Assembly (NCBI GenBank): GCA_963740415.1
Contig: CAVUEC010000011.1
Location: forward strand, 449,380 to 513,379
DNA from: Candidatus Eiseniibacteriota bacterium
GTDB lineage: Bacteria > Eisenbacteria > RBG-16-71-46 > SZUA-252
Length of the DNA stretch: 64,000 nt
Direction of reading: 5' to 3'
Part shown: one piece after another, positions 41,467 to 52,982 of the stretch
How the letters are laid out: every line of letters starts with the position of its first letter
Numbering within the stretch: the stretch's first letter is position 1
Notes under the pieces: model-generated
Told to the model about the DNA's origin: nothing
Databases searched by the model: none
What the model saw: only the letters and a program-made list of their open reading frames with translations
Made by a program: the position numbers and the translations under genes

Positions 41467-42792
41467 TCAGCGCGTTCCGGTCCTGGGTTGGTCGGCCAGG
41501 ATCGATTCGAGGCGGCGCTTCAGATTTCCCCGCACGAGCGCGTGGGACTCCCTGGAGAACTCGCCGCGCTCGAGACCCCGGTCCAGCGCGTCGATGAGGT
41601 AGAGATAGATGGTCGCAAAGTCGTCGTCCGGGGATGCGGCCGCGTCGATCCGTGAAGGAGGCGGGACACCCGGGCGAAGCGATGCGACGGCCGGGCCGGC
41701 GTTCCCCGCTCCGCTCGAGCCCGGGCCGGCGTTCCCCGCTCCGCTCGAGCCCGCGGCCGCCGCGCGGGCGGTGGCGGTCACGTCCGCGGCCTTCCTCCCC
41801 CGCCTCGCCGCGAATACCAGCGCGGCGAGAATGAGGAATGGGGCGATGAGCCACGGATAGATCGCGGGATTCGACCAGAAGCTGGCGCCCTGAATGCGCA
41901 TCGTGACTTCGGCCCCAACGGGGAAGTTCGCGGCTTGATAGATCTGGAATTTTCGCCCGCCCTGATCCCGCTCTCCGGCGAATTCAAGCGACTTGGAATC
42001 CAGCTTGAGCTTCGGATCTTCGATCAGGACCACGAAGCGGTCGGTCGGGAAATAGAGCCGGTGCGAGAGATCCATGCGGCCCGACATGGGCACGTGGTAG
42101 GTGAAGCTGAAGGGCCGCGTCCCCGGAGGGATGGGCCGCAGGCTCGCCAGGTCGCGGCCCTGCACCCGCACGGTCTCGTCGTCGCCGCCCATTCCCGCCT
42201 GGAATCCCTTGACCGAGGCCGGAAGCCCCAGCCGCACGCCGACGTTCTCGGCGTGGTTGAGCCCCGTTCCCAGATAGGCGGTCGTCCCCGAGTTCACGAA
42301 CACGACGATCTCGGTGATCTTGAGATCCGCCTGCTCGCGCTCGACGATGATGTGGTGATTGGTGACGCGGACCGCGGTCTGGTCGCGGCCGACGTCGTAG
42401 ACCACCAGATCCTGAACCGCATCCGCGCCCGACGCGTCGATCGGCCCTTCGGTGTAGTAGGCGCCCTCGTATTCGGCGGAAAGGAAGTAGGAGTGCTGCG
42501 AATCGTGGGCGAGACCCGGAAAGTCGAATCCGCCGTCCGAGCCCGAGGTTACGCTCCGGCCCGGAAGCTCTTCGTTTCCTCGCACCATGTGGAGCGACAC
42601 CGGAAGACCTGGGAGCGGCTTCCGCTCCGTCCCTTTGAGAACGTGGCCGTGGATGGTGAAGGTGGCGGCCTGGGCGGAAGACGTGCCCAACCCGGCGATC
42701 CATGTGACCGCAAGCGGAGCCGGGATCCACGCGAGCGCGAGCGGCACGGCAATCGCCATCGCGCGCAGCCTTCCCTCCCGGCGCCGGTTCAC
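41467..42792 (-). CDS. Uncharacterised single-pass membrane protein: signal peptide, CarbopepD_reg-like periplasmic N-domain, TM helix, cytoplasmic tail containing an 11-aa tandem repeat
   Basis: FTIHGHVLKGTERKPLPGLPVSLHMV...SDGGFDFPGLA (carboxypeptidase-regulatory-like); TM PAIYPWLIAPFLILAALVFAA; tail AGSSGAGNAGPGSSGAGNAGP. Confidence 0.6.
   Translation of the reverse strand: MNRRREGRLRAMAIAVPLALAWIPAPLAVTWIAGLGTSSAQAATFTIHGHVLKGTERKPLPGLPVSLHMVRGNEELPGRSVTSGSDGGFDFPGLAHDSQHSYFLSAEYEGAYYTEGPIDASGADAVQDLVVYDVGRDQTAVRVTNHHIIVEREQADLKITEIVVFVNSGTTAYLGTGLNHAENVGVRLGLPASVKGFQAGMGGDDETVRVQGRDLASLRPIPPGTRPFSFTYHVPMSGRMDLSHRLYFPTDRFVVLIEDPKLKLDSKSLEFAGERDQGGRKFQIYQAANFPVGAEVTMRIQGASFWSNPAIYPWLIAPFLILAALVFAARRGRKAADVTATARAAAAGSSGAGNAGPGSSGAGNAGPAVASLRPGVPPPSRIDAAASPDDDFATIYLYLIDALDRGLERGEFSRESHALVRGNLKRRLESILADQPRTGTR
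41686..41751. repeat. Perfect 33-bp tandem duplication (2 copies) inside the preceding CDS
   Basis: ccgggccggcgttccccgctccgctcgagc repeated head-to-tail. Confidence 0.8.
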
Positions 42793-43175
42793 GCGCCCTC
42801 CGCGTCGACGTTGGGGCGCCGGCTTCGCTTGTAGTCCTCGATCAGCCGCTCCACCCGGTCTCCGCCTTCGATGACGCCGGGGCGGCGCTCCGACACCGGA
42901 ACTTCTCGCTCTTCATCGGCGAGGACCTGGACCACTTCGCCCATGATCTCATCGCGCATGCGGGCGTGATCCTCCACCGAGATCTTGCCCGAATCGCGAT
43001 CGAAGTCGAGATCGAGGAGCGCGCCGTAGAGGCGCCCTTTCCGCTCGGCGATGCCGCGGCGACGGGCTTCCGCCTGGGGCTCCACCCACATCCGCTCCCC
43101 TTTCGAGAGAAGAAGCGGCGAGAGCACGAACAGCCCGACGCCGACGGCGAGCAGGATCTGGGCGAGCAGGATCAT
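42789..43175 (-). CDS. Uncharacterised small protein with N-terminal TM helix and charged soluble domain, embedded in the ccm operon
   Basis: 128-aa ORF; its stop overlaps the downstream gene start (ATGA); no Cys. Confidence 0.5.
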   Translation of the reverse strand: MILLAQILLAVGVGLFVLSPLLLSKGERMWVEPQAEARRRGIAERKGRLYGALLDLDFDRDSGKISVEDHARMRDEIMGEVVQVLADEEREVPVSERRPGVIEGGDRVERLIEDYKRSRRPNVDAEGA

Positions 43176-43218
43176 GGGGTGGTTGCCGGCTTCAGGATCG
43201 AGGACAAAGCGCGGAGCC

Positions 43219-43773
43219 TCACTCGCGCAGGCGTTTCAGCTCGGACTCGGCGCGGGCCCGCAGGGAATCGAGATCCGGGGCCGCGGTACCGCCTCCCCAC
43301 GCGCCGCCCGGAGCGGGGCCCGTGGCCATCGCGGGAGCGCGGCGGCGGACCCAGCGCAGCAGGATCCAGGCGGCGAGGACAAATCCAAGGAGGGTCGCCG
43401 CGAACGGGGCGATCCACACGACCAGGTTGAACCCCTCGGCCTTGGGCGCGCCGCGGATCACCTCGCCGTACTTCGCCACCAGGGACCCGACGATCTGGTC
43501 CTTCGTCTTTCCGGTCTTCAGCCCGTCGGAGACGAACGCCTGCATGGCCTTTCCGGTCTCGCAGGTGCAGCCGCTCAGGATCTCGCCGCACGAGCACGGG
43601 CAGATGAGCTGGCTCGTGATCTTGCGCGCGGGATCCTTGGCCCCCGACGCGGATTCGTTGGCGAGCGCCCCGGGGTTCTGGCCAAAGACCAACGCGGCCG
43701 CCACGAGGGCGGCCGTCACGACTGCCGGAAGCCGGCGCGTGGCCGAGCGGCGACCGATCGCTCGCGTCCTCAC
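43219..43773 (-). CDS. ccmH: Cytochrome c-type biogenesis protein CcmH-like
   Basis: GTG start overlapping the ccmF stop (GTGA). Signal/TM, Cys-rich motif ITSQLICPCSCGEILSGCTC, C-terminal TM. Corresponds to the last 185 codons of the long out-of-frame six-frame ORF 43219..45684. Confidence 0.6.
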   Translation of the reverse strand: MRTRAIGRRSATRRLPAVVTAALVAAALVFGQNPGALANESASGAKDPARKITSQLICPCSCGEILSGCTCETGKAMQAFVSDGLKTGKTKDQIVGSLVAKYGEVIRGAPKAEGFNLVVWIAPFAATLLGFVLAAWILLRWVRRRAPAMATGPAPGGAWGGGTAAPDLDSLRARAESELKRLRE

Positions 43774-45731
43774 GCGAGGAGCTTCTCCTCGCGCTTGAGC
43801 CGCATCCGGTCGCCGAGCGCGATGATGGTGCCGAACACCATGACGATTCCGCCCAGCCAGACGAAGCTGACGAGCGGGTTGATGTAGGCCTGGAGCGAGA
43901 CCGTGCCGTCGTCGTTCACGCCGCCGATGATGACGTAGAGGTCCTCGGCGGGGCTCACGCGAAGCGCGACTTCGGTCATCGGCTGCTGCGACTTGGAGTA
44001 GAAGGCCTTGGCCGGGTGGAGAACGCCGACCGTCTTCCCGTGGAGCGCCACGTCCACCGACGCCCGGGTCTCGCTGGCGTTCGCAACCTGCCGCTCCTCC
44101 ACGCCGCGGAGCGTGAGCTGATAGGGCCCAAGGGCCATCGACTCGCCCGGGTGGAGCGGCTGATGATTTTCCTTCTGGAAGACGGAAGAACCCAGAACCC
44201 CGACGAAGATCAACACCACGCCCCAGTGGACGATGTATCCGCCGTAGCGGCGCTTGTTCTTCTGGACCAGGTGGACCACCGCCCCGGGAGTCGTCGCCGT
44301 CTCGACGTCGCGCCGCGCCTGGATCCCCCGCGCGAACTCCATGACGATCGCGGCGGTGACGAAGGCGGAGCCGAAGACGCAGACGATGGGATAGACGCCG
44401 TGGAGGCCGACCGGAATGCCGATCAGCGTCGCGAGCGCCCCGACGAACGTGGGGATCAGGAAATTCCGCTTGAGCACGGACGCCGTGGCGCGCTTCCACG
44501 AGAGCACGGGGCCGATGCCCGTGAGCAGCAGGAGCGCCAGCGCGATCGGTACGTTCACGCGATTGAAGAACGGCGCCGAGACCGAGATCTTCTCGCCCGT
44601 CACCGCCTCGCTCAACACCGGAAACGTGGTCCCAAGGAACGTCGCGAAGGTCAGCGCGACAAAGAGCACGTTGTTGAACAGGAACGAGCCCTCGCGCGAG
44701 ACCACCGCGTCCATCCGGTTCTCGCTCTCGAGCAGGGCCTTTCGGTAGAGGATCAGCGCGGTCGCGATCGTGCTGGAGATGAGGATGAAGCCCATGAACC
44801 ACGGTCCGATGTTCGACTCGGCAAACGAGTGGACCGAGGTGAGGACGCCGGATCGCGTCAGGAAGGTTCCGAAGATCGAAAGCTCGAAGGTGAGGACGAT
44901 CAGCACGACGTTCCAGGTCTTGAGCATCCCGCGCCGCTGCTCGATCATGACCGAATGAAGGAAGGCCGTCCCCACAAGCCACGGCATGAGCGACGCGTTC
45001 TCCACGGGATCCCAGCCCCAGTAGCCGCCCCAGCCCAGCTCGATGTACGCCCAGCGGGCGCCCAGAAGGATTCCGAAGCCCAGGAACATCCAGTTGAACA
45101 GGGTCCAGCGCCGGACCTCCTCGATCCAGCGCGTCCCCGAGCGATTCATCAAAAGCACCGCGATCCCGAACGCGAACGGGATGATGAAGCCCACGTAGCC
45201 GGTGTAGAGGATCGGCGGGTGGATCATCATGCCCGGATCTTGAAGAAGCGGGTTCAGGCCCATGCCGTCGGCGGGGGGCGTGGCCAGAATCCGAAACGGC
45301 GAGCACACGAAGGTCAGAAGGCCGGTGAAGAACACCATGACCGCCGCCACCACCATCGCGGCCGCGTCGTAGAAGGGATCGACGCGCTTCCGGTAGCACC
45401 AGAGGAACGCCGCGCCGTACGCGCTCAGGATGAGAAGCCAGAGAAGGAGCGACCCCTCCTGCCCGGCCCAGAGCGACCCCATGGCGTAGGGGAGCGGGAG
45501 ATCGAGGCTCGTGTGCTCGGCCACGTAGCGATAGGTGAAATCGCGGGCGATGAGCGCTTTCTCTAGAATTAGGGTCGCGAGGAGCGTGAGCCCGCACACG
45601 ATCCACACGGCGCGGCGGCCGCTTCGCAGCGGGCCGGCCAGCCCCGACCGGAGGCCCCACGCGATCGAGACGACCGCGTAGCACGAGCAGAGGAACGCAA
45701 GGATGACGGACAGTCTTCCGATCTCGCTCAT
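43770..45731 (-). CDS. ccmF: Cytochrome c-type biogenesis heme lyase subunit CcmF
   Basis: ~15-TM protein with WGGYWGWDPVEN (WWD domain). Confidence 0.9.
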   Translation of the reverse strand: MSEIGRLSVILAFLCSCYAVVSIAWGLRSGLAGPLRSGRRAVWIVCGLTLLATLILEKALIARDFTYRYVAEHTSLDLPLPYAMGSLWAGQEGSLLLWLLILSAYGAAFLWCYRKRVDPFYDAAAMVVAAVMVFFTGLLTFVCSPFRILATPPADGMGLNPLLQDPGMMIHPPILYTGYVGFIIPFAFGIAVLLMNRSGTRWIEEVRRWTLFNWMFLGFGILLGARWAYIELGWGGYWGWDPVENASLMPWLVGTAFLHSVMIEQRRGMLKTWNVVLIVLTFELSIFGTFLTRSGVLTSVHSFAESNIGPWFMGFILISSTIATALILYRKALLESENRMDAVVSREGSFLFNNVLFVALTFATFLGTTFPVLSEAVTGEKISVSAPFFNRVNVPIALALLLLTGIGPVLSWKRATASVLKRNFLIPTFVGALATLIGIPVGLHGVYPIVCVFGSAFVTAAIVMEFARGIQARRDVETATTPGAVVHLVQKNKRRYGGYIVHWGVVLIFVGVLGSSVFQKENHQPLHPGESMALGPYQLTLRGVEERQVANASETRASVDVALHGKTVGVLHPAKAFYSKSQQPMTEVALRVSPAEDLYVIIGGVNDDGTVSLQAYINPLVSFVWLGGIVMVFGTIIALGDRMRLKREEKLLA

Positions 45732-46141
45732 GAGCGATCCTTCCCGAGGGTGTCCGCCTGGTACTTGGACGGACACTTGGTCACAAGCTTCGACGCCAAG
45801 AGCGTCCGGTCGGAGTGGCGATACGTTCCCTCCACCACGACCTCGCGTCCGGCCGCGAACGCGTCCGGCATGAGTCCGTCGTAGATCACGCCGATCGATT
45901 CCTTGCCGTCGGTCATCTTGAAGTGGAGCCGCGGCGTCCGCTGGTCGTAGTCCACGGTCCCCGCCGCCACCGTCCCGTCCAGGCGGAACCCGCCGGCCTT
46001 CGGCGGTTGGCTCAAAGTCGCCAGCTCCGTCACGCTCATATATTGGAGCCCGGTCTGTTTCACCCCGGAGAGGATCAAATACGCCACGGAACCCACGACG
46101 GCGATCGTGATCAGAATGAGGCGCAACGAGGACTTATTCAT
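45728..46141 (-). CDS. ccmE: Cytochrome c-type biogenesis heme chaperone CcmE
   Basis: N-terminal TM then OB-fold; start at 46141 (MNKSSLRLIL). Only the 3' part of the 357-aa six-frame ORF. Confidence 0.8.
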   Translation of the reverse strand: MNKSSLRLILITIAVVGSVAYLILSGVKQTGLQYMSVTELATLSQPPKAGGFRLDGTVAAGTVDYDQRTPRLHFKMTDGKESIGVIYDGLMPDAFAAGREVVVEGTYRHSDRTLLASKLVTKCPSKYQADTLGKDRS

Positions 46142-46194
46142 GGAGTTACCCGAAAAATGGGTGCTGAGGGGCGATTCGCCATAAGACCGTAATC

Positions 46195-46869
46195 CTACAC
46201 TACGACGCGCCTCGGCGCGAGGAGCCGCACCAGAATGAGGCCGGCGACGAACCCGCCCACATGCGCCCACCAGGCGACGCCACCGCCGGCGGCGCCGAGC
46301 GTCATGAACCCGCTCACGGCCTGGAGGAGGAACCAGAGGCCGAGCATGACCCAGGCCGGCAATTCCACGAGACGCAGGAAGAACCCCAGGGGAACCAGGG
46401 TGAGCACCCGGGACCCGGGGAACAGAATCGCGTAGGCGCCCAGGACCCCCGCGATCGCGCCGCTTGCTCCGATCGTGGGCACGGTGGAGGTGGGCGAGAG
46501 CGCGTAGTGGGTCGCGCCCGCCGCGAGCCCGCAGACGAGATAGAAGAGGAGAAATCGGAAGGATCCCAGCGTGTCCTCCACGTTGTCTCCGAAGATCCAC
46601 AGGAACCACATGTTCCCGATCAGGTGGAGCCAGCCTCCGTGGAGGAACATCGAGGTGAAAAACGGGAGGGTCGCCGCACCCCAGCTGAGCGTTCCCGTCT
46701 CGATCCCGTAGGTGACCCTCTCGGGGACGAGCCCAAAGCTCGAGATGAAGGATTCGATCTTCGAGCCCGTGGACAGCTCGAGGAGAAACGCGCCGACGCA
46801 CGCGACAATCAGCGTCACCGTGACCGCCGGGAAGGTGCCTGATGGATTCCGATCCCGGATCGGAATCAT
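46195..46869 (-). CDS. Rhomboid-family intramembrane serine protease
   Basis: GASGAIAGVLGAY (catalytic Ser) and HLxxNM / AHxGG motifs. Confidence 0.85.
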   Translation of the reverse strand: MIPIRDRNPSGTFPAVTVTLIVACVGAFLLELSTGSKIESFISSFGLVPERVTYGIETGTLSWGAATLPFFTSMFLHGGWLHLIGNMWFLWIFGDNVEDTLGSFRFLLFYLVCGLAAGATHYALSPTSTVPTIGASGAIAGVLGAYAILFPGSRVLTLVPLGFFLRLVELPAWVMLGLWFLLQAVSGFMTLGAAGGGVAWWAHVGGFVAGLILVRLLAPRRVVV

Positions 46870-47012
46870 CGGCTCGCGCCCCCGGCCGGATCGTTCATGG
46901 GTTGACCGTCACCAATCGTCCGTAGGCGGATGGCTCCGCCGCGGCGGCGGAGCTGCTCAGGAGGGATGCGATTCCGGCGGCAAGGAGAAGGCGCATGCCG
47001 CGGAAGAATACG

Positions 47013-47633
47013 CTACGGATTCCGCGTTACAAAGCGGCCGATGAGCCGTCCGATGATGGCGCCCGCGACGACGTCGGAGAAGTAGTGGTGGGCGTCCGCG
47101 ACCCTCGCTTCAGCGGCGCAGGCGGCCGCGCCGTACGCGGCCCAGCCGACCAGGCCGCCGTAGCGCCGGTCCAGCACCGTCGCGGCCGAGAACACCACGG
47201 CCGAGTGTCCCGAGGGAAACGAGTAGTTGTTGGAACCGTCCGGCCGCGGGCGTTGCGTCGCGACCTTGATGACCCAGCAGACAGCGGTGCTCCCCACCAT
47301 CGCAAAGGCGACTTCCTTGGCGGACTGGAGCGACTTGGGGTGGTGGGATGCGGCGCCGTCGATCGCGAGCGCCGCGGTCCCCCCAATCAGGAAGGGGGCG
47401 TAGCCGAACCATTCCCCGGGCTCTTCGACGTACGTACCCGGTGCGTGATCGGTATCCTCGCCGGGAGTGCCCGGTGGCAGCACATCATCCAGCGCGAACG
47501 CGGCACCGACCAGTCCCGCCGAGATCACGACTTCCCGAACGACCCTCGAAGAAATCGCGGTCGCCGGGTGGGGATGAAGGGTGGAACACAGCAGGACCAG
47601 CGCCGGAGTGAGGAGGCGGTGTGGAGCACGCAC
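47013..47633 (-). CDS. PAP2-superfamily (acid phosphatase/vanadium haloperoxidase-like) phosphatase with signal peptide
   Basis: KVATQRPRP....SFPSGHS....SRV.D..HYFSDV tripartite PAP2 motif. Confidence 0.8.
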   Translation of the reverse strand: MRAPHRLLTPALVLLCSTLHPHPATAISSRVVREVVISAGLVGAAFALDDVLPPGTPGEDTDHAPGTYVEEPGEWFGYAPFLIGGTAALAIDGAASHHPKSLQSAKEVAFAMVGSTAVCWVIKVATQRPRPDGSNNYSFPSGHSAVVFSAATVLDRRYGGLVGWAAYGAAACAAEARVADAHHYFSDVVAGAIIGRLIGRFVTRNP

Positions 47634-47714
47634 ACCTTATGGAACACCATCGGGGGCAGCGTCCCGCCAGGGTTTTTCGCTCCCGGCGCCCAGTTGGCGT
47701 ATTCTCTGGCGCTG

Positions 47715-48803
47715 ATGGCGGCCACGAGGCAGTCACCCCGGTTCCGGCGGCTGGCGTCGTTCGTCCAAGGGACGATCGATTCGGGACTCATCCCCGGCGC
47801 GGTCGTGGCTGTCGGCCGGCCGGACGGCGTTGCGTACCTCGACGCATTCGGCCGGCGCGCGCTCCTTCCGCGACGCGAGTCGATGACCCGGCGCACGATC
47901 TTCGACCTCGCGTCCCTCACCAAGGTCATGGTCACAGCGCCGTTGGTGGTCGAGCGGGCGGTGCAGGGCACGCTCTCGCTCCTCGATCCCGTCGCGCGGT
48001 ATCTCCCCGAGACAAAAGCGAGCGCCATCGGCTCGATTCCCCTGCACCTTCTCCTCACCCACACGGCCGGATTCCCGGACGACAACCCGATCGAGGACTA
48101 CGCTGGGAGCAAGGCGGAATTGCTCGCCGCGATCGCCCGGGAGCCGCTCGCGGCGCTACCCGGCTCGAAGTTCGTGTACAGCGACGTGGGCTACGTGCTG
48201 CTCCAGATGATCCTCGAGCGCGGGGCTCGCCGCCGGCTGGATCGAATCGCCGACACCGAGCTGTTCCAGCCGCTCCGGTTTCGCGACACGCGATTCGGCG
48301 TTCCGGACGCCAAGCTCTCGCGGACCGCGCCGACCACGCTGGAACGGGGCCGCTGGCTTCGGGGCCGCGTCCACGACCCGAGGGCTCGCTCCAGAGCCCT
48401 CGCCGGAGTGGGAGGACACGCGGGCGTCTTTGGAACCGCGGAAGACGTGGCGCGCTACTGCGAGACCATCCTGAATCGAGGGCGGTTCCGCGGACGCGCC
48501 GTCCTCTCCGAGGAAACCGTCCGCGCGATGACCACGGACCAGAGCGGCGGCAACACGGGGGTGCGGCGCGGCTTCGGATTCGACATCGAAAGCCCCTACT
48601 CGGCGCCGCGCGGGCGGCGCTTTTCGCGGGTCTCCTTCGGGCACACGGGGTGGACCGGCGTCTCGCTCTGGATCGATCCTGAGGCCAAGGCCTACCTCGT
48701 GCTGTTGACCAACGCGATCCACCCGGACGGCCACAAGGATCTCAAGGCCTTCCGGGCCGAGGCCGCCACGCTGGCGGCCGAAGCCCTGGGGATTAACGGC
48801 TAG
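47715..48803 (+). CDS. Serine hydrolase of the beta-lactamase/transpeptidase-like family (class C/esterase-like)
   Basis: SLTK (SxxK) motif, YSD, HTGWTG. Start chosen at ATG 47715; could be further upstream. Confidence 0.8.
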   Translation: MAATRQSPRFRRLASFVQGTIDSGLIPGAVVAVGRPDGVAYLDAFGRRALLPRRESMTRRTIFDLASLTKVMVTAPLVVERAVQGTLSLLDPVARYLPETKASAIGSIPLHLLLTHTAGFPDDNPIEDYAGSKAELLAAIAREPLAALPGSKFVYSDVGYVLLQMILERGARRRLDRIADTELFQPLRFRDTRFGVPDAKLSRTAPTTLERGRWLRGRVHDPRARSRALAGVGGHAGVFGTAEDVARYCETILNRGRFRGRAVLSEETVRAMTTDQSGGNTGVRRGFGFDIESPYSAPRGRRFSRVSFGHTGWTGVSLWIDPEAKAYLVLLTNAIHPDGHKDLKAFRAEAATLAAEALGING

Positions 48804-49003
48804 CGCGGGTGGGTGGGCTCGGCGGGTTTGGCATCCTTGTCCGCGAAGAGGTCCGAGGACAGAGCCCCGGCCCGGGTCGCGGCCCGCGCGATCTCGTCGA
48901 CGTACGCGCGCAGCGGATCGCGCGAGGGAAGCCGCCGCTGCAGAAGCTCCGCGTAGCCGAGGATGGTGGTCAGCAGATTCTTGATTTCGTGCGCGGTGTT
49001 CAT
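48800..49003 (-). CDS. Standalone HisKA (dimerisation/phosphoacceptor) domain mini-protein, 67 aa
   Basis: H-box MNTAHEIKNLLTTILGYAELL. No ATPase domain follows. Confidence 0.45.
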   Translation of the reverse strand: MNTAHEIKNLLTTILGYAELLQRRLPSRDPLRAYVDEIARAATRAGALSSDLFADKDAKPAEPTHPR

Positions 49004-49020
49004 CGCCCCTTCCGTGGGAC

Positions 49021-49593
49021 TCAGTACTTGTACCTGGGCTCCCAGTCGTTCACGCCGTCCCGGAGCAGCCCAAAGAGGTGCCAGATGCCGCTGAACGGGT
49101 CGAAGGGCCCAAACGGGGCCTTGGCGACGCGATAGAGTTTGCCGTCCGCCGCCTTGTGGAAGGTGGAAACCCCAGGCATCCAGCTCTTGTCCCCGCGGAA
49201 ACCCATGTCCTCCGTGAAGCTCGAGCCGTGCCCCGAGACCATCCGGAACTTCCAGCCGCGCGACTCCGCGAACTGAAGCTGCGTTTCCATCGAATCCGGC
49301 GAGCAGACCACGAAGGCTATCCGGCTTTCGATATGAGGCAGCACGCCGTTGAATCCGTCCGCCCAGAGCGTGCAATAGCGGCAGCCCTTCCCCATGTTGT
49401 GGATCACCGCGAGGTCGGTCTTGTCGCCGAAGAGCTGCGAGAGCTTCACGGGGCCGTCCGCGCCGGTAAGCGTGTAGTCCTCGACCTCCCTCGGAGGAAG
49501 CTGCCGTTTCAACTCGGCGAGCTTCTCCTGCTGCGTCACGAGATGCTCCTCGAGGCGCTCGATCTCCGAAACAACGACGCCACTGGGATTCAT
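49021..49593 (-). CDS. DUF899 thioredoxin-like family protein
   Basis: CxxC (GKGCRYCTLWADGFNG) and family-like length; GGAGGA RBS 8 nt before the ATG. Confidence 0.75.
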   Translation of the reverse strand: MNPSGVVVSEIERLEEHLVTQQEKLAELKRQLPPREVEDYTLTGADGPVKLSQLFGDKTDLAVIHNMGKGCRYCTLWADGFNGVLPHIESRIAFVVCSPDSMETQLQFAESRGWKFRMVSGHGSSFTEDMGFRGDKSWMPGVSTFHKAADGKLYRVAKAPFGPFDPFSGIWHLFGLLRDGVNDWEPRYKY

Positions 49594-49800
49594 GGGTTCA
49601 TTCCTCCAACCGCCTGCGGAGAACTCCGTACGTCTGCAGGGCAATGATGCGGTCTATCAAGTGTACGCCCCGGGTCCCCTCGCGCAACCGGAATCGGGGG
49701 TGATGGCCGGGCCGCCGGCTTCGGCGGCGCGAGGCATAGAAACGGGGCGGTCGCGGCCTTCGCCGCCTTCCCGCCCCGCTGGGATTCTGAAACGAGTTGC

Positions 49801-51182
<1,382 letters not shown>

Positions 51183-51189
51183 GGTTGAT

Positions 51190-52855
<1,666 letters not shown>

Positions 52856-52982
52856 CGTTGAACATTATGACAGAAACGGCCCATTGCAGCAACTAAATTA
52901 TTGTGTTACAACGAATTACAATATATTTCATTAGTTAGTAATTGATTGTAATACTGCAAATCTTGTAAACTCATTGCCACAT
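52856..52982. promoter_or_regulatory. AT-rich (~30% GC) divergent control region between aceB and the RamB/ScfR-like regulator gene; contains repeated TTGTAA/TTACAA hexamers and a TTGCAGCAA palindrome
   Basis: Sequence composition and repeats read directly. Candidate -35/-10 (TTGATT-17-TAAACT) abuts the regulator ATG. Confidence 0.5.

Noticed and set aside
43219-45684. 821-aa minus-strand ORF out of frame with ccmF
   Set aside because: Only its last 185 codons (ccmH-like, GTG 43773) look genuine. The rest overprints ccmF in another frame with Arg-rich composition.
46895-46996. 34-aa signal-peptide-like ORF between the PAP2 and rhomboid genes (MRLLLAAGIASLLSSSAAAAEPSAYGRLVTVNP)
   Set aside because: No homology or RBS support; could be chance. 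Kept out of the feature list.
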